Shown: positions 17,918 through 28,806 of the stretch, in pieces | Layout of the letters: every line of letters starts with the position of its first letter | Position numbering within the stretch: the stretch's first letter is position 1 | NCBI GenBank assembly: GCA_963826785.1 | Contig: CAWGYD010000009.1 | Span: 6,857-70,856, forward strand | Reading direction: 5' to 3' | Source: an uncultured delta proteobacterium | GTDB taxonomy: Bacteria; Desulfobacterota; Desulfobacteria; Desulfobacterales; Desulfosalsimonadaceae | DNA: 64,000 nt | Program-made: the position numbers and the translations under genes | The notes under the pieces: model-generated | Seen by the model: the letters and a program-made list of their open reading frames with translations, nothing else | What the model was told of the DNA's origin: nothing | Databases searched by the model: none

Positions 17918-19498
17918 TTACTGGTCGGGATAGCGGTTGTTGATTTCAGTGAATTCATCGATATGGGTCAGGAAAATGTCCACCAGTTCCGGGTCGAACC
18001 GCAAACCGCGCTGTTGCTGAATCAAATCGGTTACCCGGGTGATTTCCCATTTTTCCTTATAAATACGCCAATGGGACAATGAATCGAAGACATCGGCCAG
18101 TCCGGTGATGCGGCCGAAGATATGGATTTCTTCTCCTTTGAGGCCATTGGGGTACCCGGTGCCGTCCCAGTGCTCATGGTGCTGAAGGGCAACGATTCCC
18201 GCGGCCTGCAGGATTTTCCGATCCGATTTTTTAAAGATATCGAACCCGATGGTGGTGTGCGGCTTGATCTTTTCAAATTCATCCGGGGTCAAGCGGCCCG
18301 GTTTGAACAGGATGGAATCCGGAATGGCCACCTTGCCCACATCATGAATCGGGGATACGAGCCTCAGCAGGTCGGCCTCTTCCTGACTCATTCCGGCCTT
18401 TAAGGCCAGCAGGTGGCAGAACAGGGAAACCCGGTGGGCATGCTGTCCGACTTCCGGCGATCGGTTTTCCACCACTTCCCCCAACGTCAGCAGCATTTCC
18501 TTGTGGGTTTCCACAATTTCCTTGTTGAGCAGGATATTTTCAAAAGCAATGGCCACATTGCTGGAAAAAATTCGGATAAGGTCCCGGTCCAGCTTGTTCA
18601 GATGGCTGCAGCTCTTTAAAAACAAAAGATTCTTTTGACCGTTTTTGGTGGCAAAAAATCCCACATAAATGTCATCGATAAACTGGCTGCGGCCCTCATT
18701 CACCGCTTTTTTAAGATGCTGCAGAATTTCATCGGGAAAAATTTCCGACACGTAATGATTAACGGCATTTTCATACCGGCCCGTGGCGGCCAGGATGACG
18801 AAATCCCCCTTTTCATCCAGGGCGCTGAACCCGGAAAACTGGATGTAAACCGAACTTTCATCCAGCTTCAGAATGGAAATCAATTGCATCAGAACCCCTT
18901 TGGCGAATTCACGCAGGGACTGATTTTCAAACAGGTGCGCCGAGGACTTGATGATGCGCTCGAGACCGATCCGGTTTTTTTCGATAATGCGCAGGTCCCG
19001 GTAGGAGCGCAGGGCGGAAGTGATGGTGGTGAAGAGCTTTTGTACGGTCAGCTCGGTTTTTTCCTTGTACTCGTTGATGTCGTATTCGAGAATGACATCT
19101 TTTTCCGGGGCTTTGCCCGGTTGTCCGGTCCTTAGAATAATGCGCACAAACTGGTTTTTCAGGTCCTGGCGGATAAACCGGGCCAGTTGCAGGCCGGCAT
19201 CATCTGTTTCCATGACCACATCCAGCAGGATGATGGCCGTGTCCGGGTGCTGGGCGAGCAGTTCCCGGGTTTCCTGGCCGGAATACGCGCTTAGAAATTC
19301 GAGGGTGCGGCCCTCAAACTCGTAGTCGCTTAAAACCATTTTGGTAACGTGGTGGACTTCCCCCTCATCATCGGCAATGATGACTTTCCAGATTTTATCG
19401 GCTTCGGACCGGCGACGGTCGTCCGCATCCGGCATGCGGTTTTCCCCGTGAACCGGATAAATAGCGTTCACGCTTGCCGTTTCTTCTGTTGTGCCCAT
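17918..19498 (-). CDS. response regulator with HD-GYP c-di-GMP phosphodiesterase output domain
   Basis: REC domain: VIIADDE...ILLDVVME. HD-GYP domain: SPIHDVGK...HHEHWDGTGYPNGL. Start uncertain (19498 or 19435). Confidence 0.88.
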   Translation of the reverse strand: MGTTEETASVNAIYPVHGENRMPDADDRRRSEADKIWKVIIADDEGEVHHVTKMVLSDYEFEGRTLEFLSAYSGQETRELLAQHPDTAIILLDVVMETDDAGLQLARFIRQDLKNQFVRIILRTGQPGKAPEKDVILEYDINEYKEKTELTVQKLFTTITSALRSYRDLRIIEKNRIGLERIIKSSAHLFENQSLREFAKGVLMQLISILKLDESSVYIQFSGFSALDEKGDFVILAATGRYENAVNHYVSEIFPDEILQHLKKAVNEGRSQFIDDIYVGFFATKNGQKNLLFLKSCSHLNKLDRDLIRIFSSNVAIAFENILLNKEIVETHKEMLLTLGEVVENRSPEVGQHAHRVSLFCHLLALKAGMSQEEADLLRLVSPIHDVGKVAIPDSILFKPGRLTPDEFEKIKPHTTIGFDIFKKSDRKILQAAGIVALQHHEHWDGTGYPNGLKGEEIHIFGRITGLADVFDSLSHWRIYKEKWEITRVTDLIQQQRGLRFDPELVDIFLTHIDEFTEINNRYPDQ

Positions 19499-19550
19499 TA
19501 CGATATGCCCCGCCTGCAAGTTTATGGATTTTAAATTTTAATACCATGAT

Positions 19551-22487
19551 TTAATTTGATTTGGCAAGGAATCCTTTTTCATCATCTGATAACAACGGAA
19601 GCGAAAAATGCGACCAGTCCACCGGAATCCGGATCGTTTGCCCCGCTTTGTTGCAAAACAGAATATAGCCGTTAACGCAGCCATAGTTAAATATCTCAAG
19701 GGTGATTTTGACATCCATCTTGCAGTACTCGATGATTTCGCAGATCCGGCCTTCTTTCCACCATCTCAGGGCCTGGAGGCCGTCCCCGTTTTTCTCCAGG
19801 CCCAGCGTCACTTTCGCCAGATGATTGAGAGAAAGGCGGTAGCCCAGGCGGGCATGAACCGTCTCCAGCAGGTCCAGGGTGGGAAGGGCCCTGAAATTAA
19901 AATCGGTGTACCCGCTCAACACCCGGTAGTCGAAACGTTTGATATTGAATCCCACCACCAGATCCAGGCGCCGGAGATGATCCAGCAGCAGTCCCACATC
20001 GGATTCCCGGTATTCCAAATAGGATCCGGTCTTCGAATCGAATACAATGGCGCAGCTGACCTTCATGCGATGGGCCATGTGCCAGCCGCCCACCTCATCG
20101 GCAGAGCACTGGGTTTCGATATCGAGCACCCCGTAGCGGCAGACGGGTCCGGGAAGCGGTGCGGAAACATCAAGGGCGGGCACGGGCTTTTTGCAGGGTA
20201 TCGAAACTTTGGCGGGTGATTTCCGGCCCGGGCGCATGAGCCGGTCGATGATGAACAGGGCGGCGGCCTTGTCGATGGGGCGGTTGCCGGAGCCGCATTT
20301 GGGGGAATGGACGCAGCAGGGGCATCCGGTTTCGCAGGGGCATGATGCGATCACCTCCCGCGTCTTTTCCAGCAGGGCCCCTGCCAGATCGAATGCCTGG
20401 CGGCTCAGGCCGATGCCGCCGGGAATGCTGTCATAGATGAACACGGCCGCATCTTCGACCTGGGGATGGTAGGGAATGGAGATCCCGCCGAAATCATTTC
20501 GGTCGGTGAGCACAAACAGCGGGCAGATGCCGATGGCCGCGTGTTCGAGCGCGTGGATCCCCCCCATGAAATGCAGCTTTTCCGCATCCGCCTGCGCGTA
20601 AATCGCCTGGGGGATCACAAACCAGATCCCTTCGGTTTCGAAGATGCGGGGGGGAAGATCCAAAGGAACGAGATTGATCCGTTTTTTGGCATGGATATGT
20701 ATTTTTTCATATCCGGTGATCTGATCGGTGACCTTGAGCCGGCCGAAACAGACCCGGGTGCCGCCCACCTGCTTCTGATGCAGGACTTCCAGGATTTCCG
20801 TGTCCTTGCTTCCCCTGGACCGGGTGTAATAAACGGGCCGGGTTTCGGTTACGGCAACGGTCTGGGTGGACAGGTCCAGGCGGTCCACCCGGAAGGTGAC
20901 GCCCTTGTGCAGATAAATGGCCCCCGGATGGGTTTCCGAAAATGCACGGAAACCGTCGATTTCTCCCAGGTGTTCTCCGGTGGCGCTGGATACGATGCTG
21001 TAGCGCGAACCCGATCCACGCAGATCCACTTCCCGGTGGGGCGAGTGGATCGCGGCATACAGGCACTGGCCGTCTCCGCTTCGCAGGAGCCGGCCGGCCT
21101 TTTCCAGGTCAAAGACGCATTTTTCAACTTCGGGTGTGCGCAAGAACATATCCCCTTCACAGAGGGGGAGTTCGGCTGCCGCGCAGACCAGGTGCTTTTC
21201 GAGGATGTTGGGATTGTGGGGGTTGATCACCGCGGATTCCGGAGCGCTGCTGAAAAACGCATCCGGGTGGCGCATGAAATACTGGTCCAGTGCGTCTTCG
21301 CCGGCAATGAGAATGACGGCGGACGCGCTGCCCCCCCGCCCTACCCGGCCGCCCCGCTGGAGGGTGGACATGACCGTCCCGGGATACCCCACCAGCAGGC
21401 ACAGATCCAGATCGCCGATATCGATGCCCAGTTCCAGGGCGCTGGTGGAGATGACCGCCAGCAGTTCCCCGGAAAGGAGCTTCTGCTCCACCTCCCTGCG
21501 CTCTTCGGGCAGAAAACCGGCCCGGTAGGCGCTGATCCGGTCTTTGAATGCCCCGCTGCGGCTGCCTGCCCACATGGCGATCAGTTCGGTCAGTTTGCGC
21601 GACTGGGTGTAGACAATAGTGCGCAGTTCCCGGTGAAGAGCGGACTTGAGCAGCATGATGGCCATATGGGCGGGGCTGTCATCCGGATTGATGAAGATCA
21701 TGTGGCGTTTTCCCACAGGGGCGCCGCTGTCCACTACCGGTTTTACGGAAACCCCTGCCAGGGCTTCGGTCAATTCCTTTGGGTTGGCGATGGTCGCCGA
21801 ACTGAACACAAACGTCGGATCACTGCCGTAATGTGCGCAGATCCGCCGCAGGCGGCGAAAAATCTGTGCCATGTGGGACCCCATCACCCCCCGGTAGGTG
21901 TGCACTTCGTCCACCACCACCATTTCCAGGCGCGAAAACCAATCCCCCCATTTTTCATGAAAAGCCAGAAAGGCAAGATGGATCATCTCCGGGTTGGTCA
22001 TGATCACGTTGGGCGGCAAGTTGCGGATTTTTTTCCGATGCCAGGCGGATGTATCCCCGTCATAAATGGCGGCCGTGGGAATGGGATTCTGAGGGCACCG
22101 GGCGGCCATGTGCTGGAAAGTTTTCAACTGGTCCTGGGCCAGGGCCTTTAAGGGGAAAATATAGAGGGCGCGGGAATCCGGCCGATTGAAGATTTTTTCG
22201 AACAGGGGGAAGTTATAGATGATGGTCTTGCCGCTGGCCGTGGGGGTGGCCACCACCACGTGCCGGCCTTTCCGGATGGCCTGGATGGCCTGGTACTGGT
22301 GCGTGTAGAGGGCGTCGATCCCCATTCCGGCAAGGATCTGAGCCACCGGATGGTTTCGCCACCCGGACACCCGGGCGACTTTTCCGGGTTTGGCATCGAT
22401 GGTCTTGTGATAGGCTACGGTATGCCCCAGCCGTGTGGAAGCTGAAAGAGCGGTTATATACTCATCGATGTCTTTATGGTGGGCCAT
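19551..22487 (-). CDS. DEXH-box helicase with DUF1998/MZB zinc motif (MrfA/YprA-like) fused to a C-terminal DEDD 3'-5' exonuclease-like domain
   Basis: Helicase and zinc motifs: ATPTASGKT, DEVH, SSAT, QRGGRVGR, CPCETGCPCCVHSPKCGSGN. C-terminal motifs: LDIET, GFNIKRFDYRVL, YCKMD. Confidence 0.88.
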   Translation of the reverse strand: MAHHKDIDEYITALSASTRLGHTVAYHKTIDAKPGKVARVSGWRNHPVAQILAGMGIDALYTHQYQAIQAIRKGRHVVVATPTASGKTIIYNFPLFEKIFNRPDSRALYIFPLKALAQDQLKTFQHMAARCPQNPIPTAAIYDGDTSAWHRKKIRNLPPNVIMTNPEMIHLAFLAFHEKWGDWFSRLEMVVVDEVHTYRGVMGSHMAQIFRRLRRICAHYGSDPTFVFSSATIANPKELTEALAGVSVKPVVDSGAPVGKRHMIFINPDDSPAHMAIMLLKSALHRELRTIVYTQSRKLTELIAMWAGSRSGAFKDRISAYRAGFLPEERREVEQKLLSGELLAVISTSALELGIDIGDLDLCLLVGYPGTVMSTLQRGGRVGRGGSASAVILIAGEDALDQYFMRHPDAFFSSAPESAVINPHNPNILEKHLVCAAAELPLCEGDMFLRTPEVEKCVFDLEKAGRLLRSGDGQCLYAAIHSPHREVDLRGSGSRYSIVSSATGEHLGEIDGFRAFSETHPGAIYLHKGVTFRVDRLDLSTQTVAVTETRPVYYTRSRGSKDTEILEVLHQKQVGGTRVCFGRLKVTDQITGYEKIHIHAKKRINLVPLDLPPRIFETEGIWFVIPQAIYAQADAEKLHFMGGIHALEHAAIGICPLFVLTDRNDFGGISIPYHPQVEDAAVFIYDSIPGGIGLSRQAFDLAGALLEKTREVIASCPCETGCPCCVHSPKCGSGNRPIDKAAALFIIDRLMRPGRKSPAKVSIPCKKPVPALDVSAPLPGPVCRYGVLDIETQCSADEVGGWHMAHRMKVSCAIVFDSKTGSYLEYRESDVGLLLDHLRRLDLVVGFNIKRFDYRVLSGYTDFNFRALPTLDLLETVHARLGYRLSLNHLAKVTLGLEKNGDGLQALRWWKEGRICEIIEYCKMDVKITLEIFNYGCVNGYILFCNKAGQTIRIPVDWSHFSLPLLSDDEKGFLAKSN

Positions 22488-23968
22488 GTGGTTTCGTCTG
22501 AACGGAATCGGGATCCATGCAGATTCCGAGAATAACGGCTTCCAGGATGTACCTGGGGGTCTGAACCGATCGCTTCAGCTTTCGGTCCGCATCGGAAAGA
22601 AGCTTAATCGATGCGCAAAGCGCCTGCAACGAAAAATTGTCCGCACGCAGAAACATCTGGTAAACCGGATATGGATTGTTCGGCTGTTTGGCGATCAGCA
22701 GGTCGGTTGCCGGTTTGGCCTTAGACCTGGCCCCGGCTTTTCCCGTTAGCGGAATCCCGGAGGAAAACCAGCTCCAACTCCGGGGTGATGGTCTCATCAT
22801 AGGCGCGTATGGCGGGCATAACCGTGTTTTTAAACTGGGTGAAATTCATGCCGGGCTGCCAGACATATCCTTCCGGACCGGCCGCAAATTCCTTGATCAG
22901 CAGCAGCCGGCGCATCTGGTTGGTCAAGGCGCTTAAAATCTGGAGATAATGATATCCCGAGCGCAGAAGCGAGCCCAAAAAATACAGCGCGCGGACGGTG
23001 TTTTTTTCGGAGACCGCACCGGTGAGTTCATAAACGGGATCTTCCCGGGTCTGGTTGAGCACGGTCCGGACATCGGCGGCGGTGATCCGGTTTCGGTCGC
23101 TGGCATAGCTGATCAATTTCTCCAGGTTGGCGGCAAAGGTCCGCATGTCAAATCCGGTCAGATCGGCCATCATTTCAAAGGCCCCGGCTTCAGCCTGCTT
23201 TCCCGATTTTTTCAATGTGGCCTGCATGAACTGGCGAAGAACCAGCGATTGTGCGTCACGATCGGCCTTGCGGGTGCCGGATGCCACGCTGCAGTCGACG
23301 ACGCACCCCTTGTCCGCCGCAAGCTTGTACAGTGCCGTCCGTTTATCCGCGGTGGCAGAAACCATGATCAGGTAATGATGTTCAGGAAATCCTTTTTCAA
23401 TGGCGCTTTTGAGCAGTTCGGCCCCGTTCGCCGTACTTTTTGCCGCAGGTGTTTCCAGGTGTTGCTCGCTGCAGTATCGCGCAAGTTCGGTGATCATGGG
23501 AAGATCGGCCACCTGATCGTCATCGAGGCCCAACAATCTTACAATGGAATGGTCATCCACCAGATCCCCGGGATCGACACCCGTCCGGCCCAGCAATTCC
23601 AGAAACATCTGCGCGGCGCCGTCGCGATCGGTTTCAAAAACTTTTTTGATCTTATCCAGGTTCTGCCCGGGGGGGGACTGCCGGGATGAAAACAGGGTGT
23701 CGTCTCTGAGTTCAACGACTTTTTTGCCGGAAAAGAAGGCATAGGTGTTCAGCCGCTCGATGGCATCGACAATATAGCCGTCTTCTCTTGAGGTGATCAC
23801 CTCGAGATGATGCTTCTGCGTGCCCGGATCGGGGAGGAGCGCATTCACGATACTGCCAACAGCCTGGTCTCTCAAAAATTCATCGCCATAAATCAAAAAA
23901 AGGGGACTCAGATGTTTGGCGATGGTTTTCAGGTGGCTTTTTAAATCCTTGAAGGCAACTTCAGACAT
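22474..23968 (-). CDS. holA: DNA polymerase III delta subunit, reading frame broken once near 22721-22800
   Basis: N-terminus has LFLIYGDEFL. The C-terminal HolA motif NPYPVYQMFLRADNFSLQAL...LLSDADRKLK lies in ORF 22474..22800, in a different frame. Confidence 0.8.
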
Positions 23969-24737
23969 GCGATGCGGTGTTTGCTCTTCGTGAAAGAATG
24001 ATCAGCGTGACGGCGGCAATTGCGGCAAAGCTGAGGCCGATGGCCTGTGAAATGGACAGCATGTGAAAAATCATCCCGCCCCGGTCATCTCCTCGGAAAT
24101 ATTCGATGATCGAGCGGGTGCTCCCGTACAGCAGGACATAGATCCAAAAAAGCTGGCCGTCAAAGCGTTTTTTCGTGCGAAGCGAAAATATGATGAAAAA
24201 AATGGCCAGATTCGAAATGGCGGAATAGAGCTGGGTCGGATGAAGGGGAACATCCAGCGGCGCCAGGGAGTCGGATCGCGTAAACATCACGGCCCAGGGA
24301 TAGGTGCAGACTTTACCATAGCAGCATCCGGCGGAAAAGCAGCCGAGGCGGCCGAAAAAATGGCCCAGGGGAAGGGATACCGCGGCAATGTCGACGGTCT
24401 TGCCCAGGGGAAGGCGGTATCTGCGCAACAGGATGATCACCAGAAGCCCTGCGGCAATGAAACCGCCGTAAAAGACCAGCCCCCCGTTCCAGATTTTGAC
24501 GATTTCCAGCGGGTGCTGAAAAAAGAAACGCGGGTTGGTGGCGACATAGAATAATCGGGAACCCACGATGGCCGCGATGACCACGTAAAAACAGAGATCA
24601 ACGATCTTTTCGTCATCGAGGCCCACCCGCCGTGCTTCGTGCCGGGCCATGAAAATGCCGGCAAGGACGCCAAGGGCGACGAAAAAACCATAGGTGTGGA
24701 TGGCAAAACCATGAAAATCGATCAGTATGGGATGCAT
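23961..24737 (-). CDS. lgt: prolipoprotein diacylglyceryl transferase
   Basis: FAIHTYGFFVALGVLAG...GRLGCFSAGCCYG. Confidence 0.93.
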   Translation of the reverse strand: MHPILIDFHGFAIHTYGFFVALGVLAGIFMARHEARRVGLDDEKIVDLCFYVVIAAIVGSRLFYVATNPRFFFQHPLEIVKIWNGGLVFYGGFIAAGLLVIILLRRYRLPLGKTVDIAAVSLPLGHFFGRLGCFSAGCCYGKVCTYPWAVMFTRSDSLAPLDVPLHPTQLYSAISNLAIFFIIFSLRTKKRFDGQLFWIYVLLYGSTRSIIEYFRGDDRGGMIFHMLSISQAIGLSFAAIAAVTLIILSRRANTASHV

Positions 24738-24746
24738 GAAAATCCT

Positions 24747-25244
24747 TTAAATCGCGGCTTTTCGGAAGACGACGTAGAAGACGAATATGACCATGCCCGC
24801 GGTGATGGCGCTGTCCGCGACATTGAATGCCGGCCAGTGGAGATCACCGGCGTGAAAATCGATGAAATCGACCACCCAGCCGAAGCGGAACCGGTCGATC
24901 ATGTTGCCCAGCGCACCGCCGAAAATCAGTGCGAGTCCGGTTGCAAGCACCGGATACTGGCGCGGGGTCTGGTGGTAGAGATACAGGATCAACCCCATGG
25001 CCAGGCAGGAGACCGCGATGAGCAGAAAACCGTACCCGTTTCCGGCGTGGCGGGCAAAAAAACCAAACGCGCCCCCGGGATTCCGGACGTGAACCAGGTC
25101 CAGCACCCCGGGTATCAGTGAAATCGAATCATGCAGGGGCATCCTGTGCAGTACCATGATCTTGGTCAGCTGGTCGGCAAGGACCACCATGCCTGAAACC
25201 ACGATCAGCCAGAGATATTTGATTGCAGAGGCCTTGATATTCAT
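24747..25244 (-). CDS. lspA: signal peptidase II
   Basis: LADQLTK...VRNPGGAFG...GGALGNMIDR...FNVAD. Confidence 0.93.
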   Translation of the reverse strand: MNIKASAIKYLWLIVVSGMVVLADQLTKIMVLHRMPLHDSISLIPGVLDLVHVRNPGGAFGFFARHAGNGYGFLLIAVSCLAMGLILYLYHQTPRQYPVLATGLALIFGGALGNMIDRFRFGWVVDFIDFHAGDLHWPAFNVADSAITAGMVIFVFYVVFRKAAI

Positions 25245-25245
25245 C

Positions 25246-28032
25246 TCAGGAAGCTGCCGTAAGCCGGGTCAGTACCTGATGACAGCGGCTGCAGACATCC
25301 GGCCGATCGTCAAACGTCCCCACGCTTTCATCATAGATCCAGCACCGCTGGCATTTGTCTCCCGGGGCGGAGGCGACCGAAATGGACATCTGTTCCGAAC
25401 CGGTCTCGGATGCGGAGAAAAGAGCGGCATCCGAGACGATGAAAATGGCGGCCAGATCTTCCCGGTACCGGTTTAGCACATCATAGGCGGCCCCGGATGC
25501 GGTGATTTTCACGGAGGCATCCAGGGAATGGCCGATGCGCTTTTCCGCTCTTGCCTTTTCCAGCACCCGGGTCACCTCGCCCCGAACCGCAAGAACCGTT
25601 TCCCACCGGGCGGCGTTCTCATTATCCATAATATTGGGATCTGATGCCGGAAAATCTGCCAGATGGATGCTTTCCTCCCGGTCTTTCGCACCCGGAATGA
25701 ATTTCCAGATTTCTTCCCCCGTAAACGGCAGGACCGGCGCCATGATTCTGGCGATGCTGTCCACAATGCAATAGAGCACCGTCTGCGCGCTGCGGCGGGC
25801 ATTTGAGTCGGGCAGCGAGGTGTACAGCCGGTCTTTGAGGATGTCGAGGTAAAACGCGCTCAGGTCCAGGGTGCAGTAGTTGTACAGGCAATGGTACACC
25901 ACGTGGAAATCATAGGTTTCATAAGCCCGGCGGGTCTTCGCGATCAGCGCCTGCAGGGTGTGGAGCATGTAGCGGTCCATGTCCGGCATCTGCGCCGGAT
26001 CCACTAAGTGGACCTGCGGGTCGAAATCAAACAGGTTTCCCAGCATGAACCGGCAGGTATTCCGGATTCGCCGGTACGCATCGCTGAGCTGGGTCAAAAT
26101 GTTGTCCGAGATGCGGATATCATCCTTGTAATCGGATGCCGCCACCCACAGCCGCAGAATTTCCGCGCCATACCGGTCGATCACCTTTTTGGGGGCGATC
26201 ACGTTGCCAAGGGACTTGGACATTTTTTTCCCCTGGCCGTCCACCACGAACCCGTGGGTCAGAACGGTCCGATACGGGGGTGCGTCTTTGAGCCCCACGG
26301 CGGTGAGCAGGGAACTGTGAAACCAGCCCCGGTGCTGGTCGCTGCCTTCCAGGTACAGGTCGGCCGGCCATCTAAGATCGGGCCGTTCATCGAGTACCGC
26401 CGCATGGCTGACCCCGGAATCGAACCACACATCGAGAATGTCGTCCTCCTTTACAAAATCGGTGCTGCCGCAGTTTTCGCAGTGCGCGCCTTCCGGCAGG
26501 AAATCGGATGCCTGTTTTTCAAACCAGATGTCGGCCCCGTGTGCCTGAAACATCTTGTAGATACGCTCGATGATATCGACGTTGACCAGCAGGGCCTCGC
26601 ATTTCCGGCAGTAAAACACGGTAATGGGGACCCCCCAGGAGCGCTGCCGCGATACGCACCAGTCCGGCCGGTGCCGGATCATGCCGTAGATCCGCTCCCT
26701 TCCCCAGGACGGAATCCATTTTACCGTGTCGATGGCGGCCAGGGCACGCTCGCGCAGGTCGTTTTTCTCCATGGAAATGAACCACTGGGGCGTGGCCCGA
26801 AAGATCACCGGCTTCTTGCATCTCCAGCAATGGGGATACGAATGGGTGATCCGCCCGTCCGCCATCAGGGAGCCGCCGGAGCGAAGCGTTTCGATGATTG
26901 CCGCATCGGCCTCAAACACGAACTCATTGGCAAAAAACTGGACATCATCGGTGAAGCGCCCGTTTTCATCCACCGGGGAATAGGCTTCCAGTCCGTACCG
27001 GGTCCCCACTTCATAGTCCTCCCGGCCGTGCCCCGGCGCCGTATGTACGCACCCGGTTCCCGCCTCCAGGGTCACATGGGTCCCCAGGATGATTTCAGAG
27101 GGGCGCTCATAGAGGGGGTGCCGGCAGAATTTGTGTTCCAGGTCGGCAGAGGCGATGTCGGCCACGATGCGATAGGATTCGATATGAAAGGCTTTCATGC
27201 ATTCTTCCACCAGGTCCCTGGCCACGATCAGCACTTCTCCCGTACCGATCTCGACGGCGGAATAGACGAAATCCGGGTGCAGCGAAATGGCAAGGTTGGC
27301 CGGCAGGGTCCACGGGGTGGTGGTCCAGATGACGACATACACTTTTTTGCCGCTCAACTGGGGGACAACCGGGCTGAGGTCATCGATCATTTCGAAACGG
27401 ACGAAAATGGAGGGGGATGTTTCATCGGCGTACTCGATCTCGGCCTCGGCCAGGGCGGTCTTGCAGTTGCAGCACCAGTAAATCGGCTTCTTGCTGCGGA
27501 CCAGGCTTCCCTTCAAGGCAAATTGTGCGCACAATTTGGCAATGGTCGCCTCGTAGGCATAATTCATGGTCAGGTAGGGATCATCCCATTTTCCCATCAC
27601 CCCCAGGCGCTTGAATTCTTCTCTTTGGATATCGACATATTTTTCGGCATATGCCCGGCAGGCCCTGCGGATTTCCACCTTGGACATGGATTTTTTCTTC
27701 GGCCCCAGGTTCTTGTCCACATTGTGCTCGATGGGCAGCCCGTGGCAGTCCCAGCCCGGCACGAATACGGAGTCAAAGCCGCTCATCTGGTGGGAGCGGA
27801 CCACGATGTCCTTTAAAATCTTGTTTAAAGCGGTTCCGATATGGATGTTGCCGTTGGCATAGGGGGGGCCGTCGTGAAGGACGAATGACTCCCGGCCGCG
27901 GGCGTGTTCACGGATTTTTTCATGCAGGCCTTCTTCTTCCCATTTCTTCAACTGTTCCGGTTCGCGGTTCGCCAGGTTCGCCTTCATGGGAAACCCGGTG
28001 TCCGGAAGGTTCAGTGTCTTTTTATACTCCAT
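25246..28032 (-). CDS. ileS: isoleucine--tRNA ligase
   Basis: [20 protein letters not shown]...[12 protein letters not shown]...KMSKSLGN. C-terminal zinc-ribbon cysteines present. Start at 28032 (GGAGG upstream). Confidence 0.97.
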   Translation of the reverse strand: MEYKKTLNLPDTGFPMKANLANREPEQLKKWEEEGLHEKIREHARGRESFVLHDGPPYANGNIHIGTALNKILKDIVVRSHQMSGFDSVFVPGWDCHGLPIEHNVDKNLGPKKKSMSKVEIRRACRAYAEKYVDIQREEFKRLGVMGKWDDPYLTMNYAYEATIAKLCAQFALKGSLVRSKKPIYWCCNCKTALAEAEIEYADETSPSIFVRFEMIDDLSPVVPQLSGKKVYVVIWTTTPWTLPANLAISLHPDFVYSAVEIGTGEVLIVARDLVEECMKAFHIESYRIVADIASADLEHKFCRHPLYERPSEIILGTHVTLEAGTGCVHTAPGHGREDYEVGTRYGLEAYSPVDENGRFTDDVQFFANEFVFEADAAIIETLRSGGSLMADGRITHSYPHCWRCKKPVIFRATPQWFISMEKNDLRERALAAIDTVKWIPSWGRERIYGMIRHRPDWCVSRQRSWGVPITVFYCRKCEALLVNVDIIERIYKMFQAHGADIWFEKQASDFLPEGAHCENCGSTDFVKEDDILDVWFDSGVSHAAVLDERPDLRWPADLYLEGSDQHRGWFHSSLLTAVGLKDAPPYRTVLTHGFVVDGQGKKMSKSLGNVIAPKKVIDRYGAEILRLWVAASDYKDDIRISDNILTQLSDAYRRIRNTCRFMLGNLFDFDPQVHLVDPAQMPDMDRYMLHTLQALIAKTRRAYETYDFHVVYHCLYNYCTLDLSAFYLDILKDRLYTSLPDSNARRSAQTVLYCIVDSIARIMAPVLPFTGEEIWKFIPGAKDREESIHLADFPASDPNIMDNENAARWETVLAVRGEVTRVLEKARAEKRIGHSLDASVKITASGAAYDVLNRYREDLAAIFIVSDAALFSASETGSEQMSISVASAPGDKCQRCWIYDESVGTFDDRPDVCSRCHQVLTRLTAAS

Positions 28033-28145
28033 GCAGATATTCCTCCGGGGACGTAAAAACCTATAGATATTAAAATTATGTATTTGGGAACAGAGACGCT
28101 TGTCAGGCGCTGCAAACGATCGAACCCGCATCTAAAAATTTATTA

Positions 28146-28174
28146 ATTTAAGCCACATAACGTAGGTGTGTCAA
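28146..28174 (-). promoter_or_regulatory. sigma70-type promoter for ileS
   Basis: Minus strand reads TAATTTCCTTGACAC-N15-TTAAAT (17-nt spacer between the hexamers). Confidence 0.4.
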
Positions 28175-28360
28175 GGAAATTAGCACCTTTTGGCCGCCTT
28201 TTGCCGGTCCATTCTTTTTGCGACCGGGATGGCTTGACAAAATCGGTGCGGCCGAATACAGCATAAGGGGTCCATAAATCCCTCTTGCCGGCGCTCCATG
28301 CGTCTTGTCGGCGGGATAAGATCAATTCCCAACGCAATTTTTCAATATATAAGGGTATCC

Positions 28361-28804
28361 ATGCGGGCAGTCATCCAGCGCGTCAAAAGCGCTTCGGTCA
28401 CCATCGGCGGCCGGGTGGCCGGAGAAATCGGACCCGGCCTGATGGTGCTGCTGGGCGTTTCGCCATCCGATGAAACTTCCGACAGTGCTTTTCTGGCCGA
28501 AAAAATCATCCATCTGCGAATCTTCGAAGACGACCAGGGCAAGATGAACCGGTCGCTGGTCGACACCTTCGGCGAAATCCTGGTGGTTTCACAATTTACC
28601 CTCTATGGCGACTGCCGGAAAGGCAGGCGCCCCTCCTTCATCCATGCGGCCGCACCGGAAATAGCCGAACCCCTGTATGAACATTTCATATCCGTCGTCC
28701 GGGGAAACGGAATCCGGGTTCAAACGGGTGAATTCGGCGCCATGATGGATGTGGCCCTGGTCAATTCCGGACCGGTCACACTGATTTTAGAGAGCCGGCC
28801 GTGA
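28361..28804 (+). CDS. dtd: D-aminoacyl-tRNA deacylase
   Basis: [17 protein letters not shown]...VSQFTLYGD...RPSF...NSGPVT. Confidence 0.93.
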   Translation: MRAVIQRVKSASVTIGGRVAGEIGPGLMVLLGVSPSDETSDSAFLAEKIIHLRIFEDDQGKMNRSLVDTFGEILVVSQFTLYGDCRKGRRPSFIHAAAPEIAEPLYEHFISVVRGNGIRVQTGEFGAMMDVALVNSGPVTLILESRP

Positions 28805-28806
28805 TC

